The notes below the pieces were generated by a model, which did no database searches, was not told the origin of the DNA, and saw only the letters and a program-made list of their open reading frames with translations. Of a DNA stretch of 64,000 nt, positions 57,001-64,000 are shown piece after piece. Position numbers and translations under genes: made by a program. The stretch spans positions 38,688,001-38,752,000 of the forward strand of contig NC_088802.1 in assembly GCF_011386835.1 (NCBI RefSeq), given 5' to 3'. Origin of the DNA: Chrysemys picta bellii (Eukaryota). Every line of letters starts with the position of its first letter. The stretch's first letter is position 1.

Positions 57001-58961
57001 TTAAGTGATTTTCCCAGGGCCACAGAGGGAGGTAATGGTAAAGGTAGGATTGAACCTCAGGAGTTCCTGACTCCCAGCCCCATGTTCAGGACATTAGACA
57101 ACACCTCAGCTCAGCACTGTATTGGACAGAACTGTCTCATCTACTGAATCGCCTGCACTACTTCCTCGAGTTTTCTCGACAGCAGTCCCAGCCAAATCCT
57201 GACTTGGCCCAACAGACAAGATCCCAAGACTGTGGACCAGATTTAAGGTGAAGGGCTGATTTTACATGCAGAAAAATTTAACAAGGAAAATGCCAAAGCT
57301 GTGCTCCTGACAGACACAAATGGGAAACAGCAAATACACCTTTACCCCGATATAACGCGACCTGATATAACATGGGTTCGCATATAGTGCGGTAATCCCG
57401 GGGCTCCGGCAGCGGTGCTCGAGCGGCGCTTTAAAGGGCCTGGGGCTCCGGCTGCTGCGGGGAGCCCCAGGCCCTTTAAATTACCGCTGGAGCCCTGCCG
57501 CTGCTACCCTGGAGCTGCGGCAGTGGGGCTTGGCCGGCGATTTAAAGGGCACGGGCTCCCCACAGTGGCTGGAGCCCGGAGCTCTTTAAATCAACACTAG
57601 AGCCCTGCCGCCGCTACCCTGATAATAACGGGGTTTCACCTATAACGCAGTAGGGATTTTTGGCTCCCGAGGACCACGTTGTATCGGGATAGAGGTGTAC
57701 ACAGTCACCAGCAGACATGTTCTGCTCCATTCCCCCCCGGCCCCAGGACTGAGGGGAGGCTTGCTGTTGCATCTTCATCCCATTTATAATGCACTTTCGC
57801 TTTCCTTATGCCCTCTATTGCAGCTACCATCCTTCCATACATTGACTGTATGACACTCCCTTTGGAAACCATCAGTAGCAGCTTCACCAATGATTCCTCT
57901 GGACTCTTAAGAATGGCATGTGATACTCCTCTCCCACCCCCCAGGAGCTTCTACAGCTGTGCCAGATGGTCGGTCCAAGAGTGAGAGACCAGGACTCAGC
58001 CTGTAGCCTCCTCCCTAGCAGTATGAAAAGGCCACCTGACAACCCTTGCAAAATGCATTTGACTGCAATACCTGTAAGCATGCTCTGCTCTGAGTGGCTT
58101 CAGCTCTCCCTCATAAGGAAACATGTCCTCATACTCAATGAGAAGGCCATTGGCACCAAGGGTACGAAATAAAGGAAAGATCTGCAAGAAAAAGAAACCA
58201 CTGCAGATCTGTGTCTGGCTTGTAATAACAATATCCATGTTCACAACTAACAAGCTTAACAAGCTCATGTCTTACAGGTCCTGGCCTGCATAATTCCCAA
58301 GGTAACAAAGGCAGCAGGATGTGAGGAGGAATCTTAACTTTTTTTTGGCAGTCTGTCTGGCACCTATGTGGAGTATTTCATTCACAGTGAAATCAGAACC
58401 CAAGATATCAAGAAGCCCAGAGCTGGTTGGCTCAAATGTGAACAGCTACAACCAAAATCAGATGCTTCACTTGGACAGAGGACTCTGCTTAAGGTTTTCC
58501 TTAACTAGAATCTGAATTCCTCATGCAGCTGCAAAGCATTACCGTTATTGTGTGTGGTGGATTTAGTGCTGGTGAAGGAGGCTGGAATGAAAGCTTAATC
58601 TGCAACAAGTGGAAATCCTAAATCATTATTTCCTTCTAGGAAAGGACTGAGGTTACTGCAGTTTACAGTAAACATCCTAAATAAATTCTACTGACACATT
58701 CTGGCCTCTAGATAAACCAAATTTTTTGCTCTCCCCAATCAAAGCCATATGGATCACTACATGCTCTCTTGCATTACACCCCCCAGTGTGACCTCCAGCT
58801 AAGGACTGGAATCATTTTGGAGATGATTTAACAACCCCACTTGCATGCAATAAATGTTTTACCTCAGCCAGGTAGGAGACCTTTGGTGGAGCACCTTTGA
58901 GATCCAAGTGCACTAAGTGCAGCCCAAATGGTGAGGAGACCGTCATTTTGTTTTCTTCCAT
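44843..58961 (-). CDS. HEXD: Hexosaminidase D (GH20), complete spliced CDS, 473 aa from ATG 58946 or 478 aa from in-frame ATG 58961: join(58863-58961, 58072-58181, 56276-56363, 55562-55726, 53529-53712, 51804-51875, 49943-50138, 48613-48695, 47416-47494, 47232-47333, 46269-46358, 44843-45011)
   Basis: [53 protein letters not shown], catalytic [33 protein letters not shown]; 1422 nt from 58946 to stop; all GT-AG with consistent phases. Confidence 0.97.
45855..46030 (+). mobile_element. Ancient MIR/CORE-like SINE
   Basis: GGACTGGGAGTCAGAGGATCTG..TTCTATTCC..CTGTAAAATGGGG core. Confidence 0.6.
46269..46358 (-). CDS. HEXD: HEXD coding exon 11
   Basis: 90 nt, [29 protein letters not shown]. Confidence 0.96.
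46447..46685. mobile_element. Young hAT MITE in a HEXD intron
   Basis: Perfect 15-bp TIR CAGGGCCGGCTCCAG; TSD GATGTAAG/GATATAAG. Confidence 0.9.
47232..47333 (-). CDS. HEXD: HEXD coding exon 10
   Basis: 102 nt, [33 protein letters not shown]; preceded by an 82-nt intron. Confidence 0.94.
47416..47494 (-). CDS. HEXD: HEXD coding exon 9
   Basis: 79 nt, [25 protein letters not shown]. Confidence 0.94.
47901..48165. mobile_element. Harbinger MITE
   Basis: GGCCTAGTCTAC ... GTATAGACAAGGCC, flanked by TAA/TTA. Confidence 0.75.
48613..48695 (-). CDS. HEXD: HEXD coding exon 8
   Basis: 83 nt, [27 protein letters not shown]. Confidence 0.96.
49943..50138 (-). CDS. HEXD: HEXD coding exon 7
   Basis: 196 nt, [25 protein letters not shown]...GIALTGWQR. 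Confidence 0.96.
50776..51009. mobile_element. Harbinger MITE with the same asymmetric ends as the autonomous element
   Basis: TAA|GTCCTGGTCTACAC ... GCAGTATAGACACACCC|TAA. Confidence 0.85.
51804..51875 (-). CDS. HEXD: HEXD coding exon 6
   Basis: 72 nt, [23 protein letters not shown]. Confidence 0.95.
52202..52437. mobile_element. Harbinger MITE, left TIR partly deleted
   Basis: TAA|GGCCATATC... AGAGTAGACATAGCA|TAA; interior resembles 50776-51009. Confidence 0.65.
53150..53370 (-). mobile_element. Ancient MIR/CORE-like SINE
   Basis: ATTATCCCCATTTTACAGA..AACTGAG..GTGACTTGCCCAAAGTCAC, reverse-strand core. Confidence 0.65.
53529..53712 (-). CDS. HEXD: HEXD coding exon 5
   Basis: 184 nt, [14 protein letters not shown]...[16 protein letters not shown]. 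Confidence 0.96.
54326..54465 (+). repeat. 36-bp x4 minisatellite with telomere-like TAGGGTTAGGG core
   Basis: Units start 54326, 54362, 54398, 54434 (C[TA]AGGGT[TA]A..GTTC[CT]T.TGG). Confidence 0.8.
55562..55726 (-). CDS. HEXD: HEXD coding exon 4 (catalytic DE)
   Basis: 165 nt, [24 protein letters not shown]...WFHIGSDE. Confidence 0.96.
55905..56165 (+). mobile_element. Ancient MIR/CORE-like SINE
   Basis: GGGAGTCAGGAGATCTGGGTTCTATTCCTG..CTCAGCTTTCCT core. Confidence 0.55.
56276..56363 (-). CDS. HEXD: HEXD coding exon 3
   Basis: 88 nt, [29 protein letters not shown]. Confidence 0.96.
56880..57120 (-). mobile_element. Ancient MIR/CORE-like SINE
   Basis: ATTATTCCCTTTTACAGATTGGGGAAACT..GGTTAAGTGATTTTCCCAGGGCCAC..GAACCTCAGGAGTTCCTGACTCCCAG. 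Confidence 0.6.
57337..57697. mobile_element. Tc1/mariner (Tigger-like) MITE
   Basis: TA TSD; TIRs CACCTTTACCCCGATATAACG / CGTTGTATCGGGATAGAGGTG; GC-rich internal repeats. Confidence 0.82.
58072..58181 (-). CDS. HEXD: HEXD coding exon 2
   Basis: 110 nt, [36 protein letters not shown]. Confidence 0.96.
58863..58961 (-). CDS. HEXD: HEXD coding exon 1
   Basis: (MEENK)[28 protein letters not shown]|gtaaaa. Confidence 0.92.
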
Positions 58962-60477
58962 CTTCTTAGCATGTCAACAGTCTTCAGCAAAAGCAAATAT
59001 TTTACCTTGAGGAAAGCAGCAAAACTTATTACTCGGAGTATTTCCCCCCCCACAATTAAATATGGGTCTTAAGTACAGAAGTCTCATGTAAGCAAGATTT
59101 AGCCCAATTTTTTTAACCGGGGGAAGAGCTGCACTTATAAAAAAGTACTAAAAACACAAGCTAAACCATTGTGCTGAAACACAGATCGCAGGCCCAGTTC
59201 TATTCCCAGCTACATCGTATCCATGAGCCTGGCACATGCGAGGGCAGAACCGGACAAGGGATTCCTGGCTTGTAATTCCACAATGGAGAGAGTTGTGAAT
59301 TTTACACATCTGTGGCACCTTTTACCCAAAGACCCGAATGTGATTTTCAGGCAGCCATTTAACCTCCCTACCCCTTTGTGAGGAAGCAGAAAAGGGGTAT
59401 TCTTATCCCTGTGCTGCAGATGGAGAAATTTGGAAAGGGCGACACTGAAAATTAAAAGTCAGAGAGGACGTCAGTGGGAGAGGGCTGATACCATGTCGTA
59501 AGTGAACAGAAGATGCAGCTAAAACACTTGGTGTTCCAGACTACCCATCTGTCTCAAGCGAGTGTCTGGACATTGGTATGGGGCCACAGGGTATTAGATT
59601 AACGATATCAAACACCACCTTTTTAGGCCACACACGGGCTGCCAGGGCCTGTTCACAGTCACATCTGCTGATTTAGTCACAGAGCAGTTTGACTCCTCTT
59701 TGCTCCTCAGAGAAAGCCCAGTGCTGGGAAAGTGAAAGACTACCCCATCTCCTGCAGCACTGACAGATTTGTGATCTGCAAGGCCGCACCTGTGTCCCTG
59801 CCACAGAGAGCAGTGAGCTGAGTGAGGGTAATGAAGCAGGGCCCTGAGGCTGTGCGGGCCTTGCTGAGGGAGATTGAGGAAAAACTTGTCCTACAAAGCC
59901 ACCGTCCCTGGCAATGATGCACTGGCCAGGCAGCGCCCGCTAGACTCTCGGACCCAGTACCACCAGTTCTGGCGAGCCAGGGAGTGCGTCCAGCCTGGCT
60001 ACAACCTCTAGCCCTCTTGTAAATTACAGTCCTGCTTATGTGGGGGCAGGGGAATCCCCCTCTGATTGGTAGCCTGTCCCACTCACCCACCTCTTCAAGA
60101 AGAGCAGCCAATCAGAGTGGCTGTAGGAAGTCCCAGGAACTGACACTGTTTCTCACAGGAGGAGAGGAGCAGGAAGAGCTGAGCAGATCAGGGCTCTGCT
60201 CCCCCATCCCTCCTGTGAGCAGCAGGGATGGAACAACACATTTGCTCCCCCTGGATGCAACACCCAGCCTAGGAAGGGGAGGGGAAGAACCCTTAGATCC
60301 TAGGGGGGAATGGATTGTGCTGTCTCCCGCCTTGGCGTGGCGGGGTGGTGGTGGGGGTGATCCCAGGAGCTGCAGGAGGAGCAGAGATGGGGCGGGGGGA
60401 GACGTGATGGGGAACTGGGGGGAAAGAACTAGTTGCAGGGAAAGGGATGGGCAGATGTAGGTGGTCCCACCCATGGA

Positions 60478-60745
60478 GCTGGGCACAGCCGTTGCAGCCT
60501 CCCTCCCCCACACACTGGGGTGGCCAGGGCAGTTGCAGCTCCTCCACCGCCCCCCACTCACTCTAAGGTGGCCATGGCAATTGCAGGCTCCCCCCCCCCC
60601 ACTGGGGGTGGCCGGAGCGGTTGCAACACCCCCCCCACACACACACTGGGGGTGGCCGGAGCGGTTGCACCCCCTCCCCCCCACTGGGGGTGGCCGGAGC
60701 GGTTGCAACCCCCCCCACACACACACTGGAGTGGCCGGGGCAGCC
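60478..60745 (+). repeat. ~40-bp GC-rich minisatellite (6-7 copies) in HEXD intron 1
   Basis: Unit CACTGGGGGTGGCCGGAGCGGTTGCAAC(C)n(AC)n. Confidence 0.85.
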
Positions 60746-60969
60746 CCACTCTCCCCTTCCAGAGCAAGTCTAGCGGGTTTGGATCCAACTCACGATTCGT
60801 GGGCGCTGGGGTTAGCCGTGGTTTCGCACCCGCCCGGGCCCTGACCAGCCCCAAGTCCAGAGCCCGCCCGGCCAGCGGCACCCACCTGCCCCGGCACCGC
60901 GAGGGTTAACGCACTTCCCGGCCCCACTCAGACCCAGCAGCAGCAAGACAGTTCACGGGATCCGGTCTC

Positions 60970-61370
60970 TTGCATGGATTGCTCTTGTCTGTCCTACCAC
61001 CCATTTCCCCGCCGGCCTTCATTCGGTAATAGATTTCTTTGGCCTTTCTCCTGGCTGCTTTCCAAGCGTCTCTGACATGGATTACTCTGGCCTGCCCCTT
61101 CACAGGCTATTATTCTGGTATGGCCTGCCTCTAACCCTGTCTATGCTCTATCACTCTGATATAGATTGCATTGGCCTGTCTCTTTCTCAATCAATTTTCA
61201 TACCTCCTGCTCTGTCATTCTGGTATAGATCGCTTAGGCCTGTTTTGCCCATTGCTCTGACATAGACTGCTCCTATCTACTTGCCTTTTCTTGTCTGCCC
61301 GATCACTCCGGCGTGGATTGCTCTAGCCTGAACTGCTTCCTGTCTCTGGTATGGATTGCTCTGCCCTGTC
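60970..61370 (+). repeat. Degenerate tandem repeat with core (A/G)GATTGCTCTGGCCTG, about 8 copies
   Basis: Cores at 60977, 61080, 61164, 61228, 61265, 61316, 61354, plus a partial copy near 61118. Confidence 0.6.
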
Positions 61371-61467
61371 CTCCAGCCTCAGCAGTGGCTGCTTGAGCGC
61401 ATCGCTCCGGTCTCCCCGTGCCGGCCGTTAGTGCGGCGCTCCGGGTAGCGACCGCGTCCGCAGCGCG

Positions 61468-61565
61468 ATGGCTCCGCAGAGGCGGGCGGGGCCCAAGGCT
61501 GCCGAGAGCGGCGGGGGCAGCGCGGGGACCTGGGCGGACAGGGGGGAGCGGAGGCGCCTCAGCAG
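61468..61565 (+). CDS. OGFOD3: 2-oxoglutarate/Fe-dependent oxygenase domain-containing 3, coding exon 1; remaining exons lie beyond the window
   Basis: MAPQRRAGPKAAESGGGSA... resembles human OGFOD3 MAPQRRAATKAPEG; phase-2 donor CAG|gtacct; head-to-head with HEXD as in mammals. Confidence 0.88.
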
Positions 61566-63295
61566 GTACCTGCCGGCGAGGGGGCGTGGGGTCCCGGCTG
61601 CTTCCCCGCAGAGGGGGCGGGTCCTGCTGGGCTGGGCCGGGCGCCGTCCCCTCAGCCCGGGGATACGCCCCTGGTGCCCGTTAGCGCCGCTCGCTGTGTG
61701 GCTGGGGCTCCGCGCCCTGCCCCCACCTGCCCCGGGCGGGATGCGGGAGCCCGATCATGGGAAGGGACCGGGCAGGAGGGAGCCCAGGCCCCGCGCTGCC
61801 CGGCGGCTCTGCAGGGGGCTGCTGTGCGTGGCCGGCTACCGCAGGGCGCCGCGGCCCCGGCGTCAAAGATGTGGCATTAAAACAGCCCCACCCCGCCGCT
61901 TGTCCCCGTGGGCCCCGCAGGGAGCTGCCCAACCTGGCACGTTGGAGCCCCCATCCGCAGAGTGCCCGAGCGCCACGCAGACTCCCACGCCCTAGTGCCT
62001 TGCTCCTCAGCACACCCCGGGGAGCTGGGGAAGGGGGCTGCTGTCCCCATTGTAGGGATGGGGAACTGACGCACAGAGAGACCAAGTGACTTCCCACGAT
62101 TACACAGGCAGAGCAGGGATTTGAAGCTGTGTCCCAGGCTTGCATCCTGCAGACCTGATCACCCTACCTCGTGGGTGAAAGTCCACGATGCAGCCTTTCT
62201 CTTAAGAGCCCCTCTAGGGAAAGCTTGAGTAGCTCAGATCTAAGCCATGATGTGTTCATGAAGGCCGTACAGGTGTTCATAATGCTGATAATACTACCCC
62301 CGAATCTTCATGATAGCTGAAATTTATTCCTGTATCCAAAATTCTTAGCAAAACCAAAATTTGATTGTATGAAACTTTATCTTTGTGAAGGGTTTGGATG
62401 GTTCCTTGAGACTTTACCTAATATTTGTTACCTGTAGTAAGTTTTGCGAGTATTTGTTCCCCAAATAACAGGTCAGGAAGGAGCTGCACCCCATCCATTG
62501 GTTATTTGTACCTGTTTTTATTAGGGTTGGCTTTCAGTGTTATGTCTAGACGATGTTAGGCATATGCTATTCCATTAAAAACACTGTTGCATAGTTAAAT
62601 GTGCAAATCAGCAAATGCAAAGAAAGGCCCCAATCCTGCAAAGACTTGTGTCACGATGAAGGGGCTTTGGGTCAGACCCGAGAGGTGCTGCGACCCTGTT
62701 CAAGTACGGGTGTTGCGGTACCACTCACTCAAATTTGTAGGGGGTGGGTGTAGGGGTTCATGGGCCAGGAGGGTCAGGCTGCTGGTGGGGGAGGGGAAGA
62801 TGCCTGAGAGGGGAAGAGAAGGTTCAAATGTGGGGGGGATATCAATGTCCCCTATTTTAAATGGCACTCTGCAGTTCCTACTTGGTTAGCAATAAAAACT
62901 CAGTTTCTAGGTAAAATGGGGGTGGGGCAGATGCGAAGGGAGGGAGCTGCTCCATTTTTTTTCTCCTCCATCTTAAATATGTATGTATGGGGAAAAATAC
63001 ATTAAACGGACTTTCTTCTGGGTTTTTTGTCTTCCTCTTGGCAAGGTTCTTGTTGGAAAGCCAAGTTCTGCCTGTTAAGAGTAAGGTAAATTAATTGCAT
63101 TTTTAGAGTTTCATTGTGATTTAGAGAGGAGCCAAATGTTTCTGGAAACACACTGTAAAATGGTTTGGAATCCTAAACCATTGGAATGCAGAGAGGATTA
63201 AAAAACAGAACGGTACAGGGTCTTACAGCTGAGCTCCATTATTCTGGCTCTGCATTTCAGCAGGGCCGCCTGGTGCCCTTGATGGCAAAGCCTGG

Positions 63296-63361
63296 TGATC
63301 TTTTAAAAAATCAGGATTGATTTAAAACTGATCATTTAAAAAATCAGGATTGATTTAAAAC
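63296..63361 (+). repeat. 33-bp tandem duplication
   Basis: TGATC(T/A)TTTAAAAAATCAGGATTGATTTAAAAC x2, one mismatch. Confidence 0.85.
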
Positions 63362-63448
63362 AAATAATAAAAATTAATAATCCTTCCAAGTCTGGCATGA
63401 GCCTAGATACTCGTGTGTACTTCTGTTAAGAATCTGCAGCCTTATCAC

Positions 63449-64000
63449 TACGGCCCTACCAAATTCACGGTTCATTTTGGTCAATTTAACAGTCATAGGC
63501 TTTGAAAAATCATAAATTTCATGATTTTAGCTATTTAAATCTGAAATGTCACATGTTGCAATTGTAGGGGTCCTGATCCAAAAAGGAGTCGTGAGTGTGT
63601 GTGTGTGTTACAGGGTTGCTGTGTGTGTGGGGTTGCGGTACTTCTACCCATACTTTTGTGCTGCTGCTGGCAGCTGCAGTGCTGCCTTCAGAGCTGGGCA
63701 GCTGGAGAGCAGCAGCTGCTGGCTGGGAGCACAGAAGTAAGGATGGTATGGTATTACCACCCATACTTCTGCGCTGCTGCTGCGGGAGGTGCTGCCTTCA
63801 GAGCTGGGTGCCTGGCCAACAGCTGCTGCTCTCTGGCTGCCCAGCTCTGAAGGCAGCACAGAAGTGAGGGTGGCAATACTGTGACCACCCTAAAATAACT
63901 TTGTGACACCCCCCGCAACTCTCTTTTGGGTCAGGACTCCCAATTTGAGAAACACTGTTCTCCCCTGTGAAATCTGTATAGTAGAGGGTAAAAGCACACA
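63449..64000. mobile_element. hAT-type non-autonomous element, left part, running off the window
   Basis: TA(C/G)GGCCCTACCAAATTCACGG end; internal duplicated GCTGCCTTCAGAGCTGGG blocks. Confidence 0.65.

Larger units (their letters stand above)
60780..62000. promoter_or_regulatory. CpG island, bidirectional HEXD/OGFOD3 promoter
   Basis: High GC and CpG density; OGFOD3 ATG at 61468; minus-strand donor GAA|gtgcgt at 60915/60914 suggests a non-coding HEXD exon 1. Confidence 0.8.

Noticed and set aside
60038-60909. Several 100-200-aa Pro/Gly-rich ORFs
   Set aside because: Products of the GC-rich minisatellite and CpG island
61566-61995. Continuation of the OGFOD3 ORF to 175 aa
   Set aside because: Read-through into GC-rich intron 1 past the CAG|GTACCT donor

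Overview
Vertebrate genomic DNA, almost certainly turtle, judging by the tortoise Pol III SINE, turtle-type CR1/Penelope/DIRS/Harbinger families and reptile-like proteins; the species cannot be determined. The window carries the NARF-CYBC1-HEXD-OGFOD3 syntenic block: NARF coding exons 1-4 (minus strand, runs off the left edge), complete CYBC1/EROS (+, 6 coding exons, 190 aa), complete HEXD (-, 12 coding exons, 473-478 aa) and OGFOD3 coding exon 1 (+), which shares a CpG-island promoter with HEXD. Introns and intergenic DNA are rich in transposons. The standout is a 5.76-kb, TAA-flanked PIF/Harbinger transposon nested inside a small hAT MITE. It has an intact 433-aa DDE transposase and a convergent two-exon Myb/SANT gene with one nonsense codon. 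Unexpectedly, it also has a third, antisense exon inside the Myb intron, with its own acceptor, stop and polyA signal, whose peptide fits the BEN DNA-binding domain pattern; transposase splice donors are in phase to fuse with it. Other notable items: a Penelope insertion that captured a perfect 37-bp inverted copy of DNA 2.7 kb away, minimal hammerhead ribozyme motifs, a tandem YY1-site array at the CYBC1 promoter, and a DIRS relic. All family and domain calls come from pattern recognition and memory; no database search was run.
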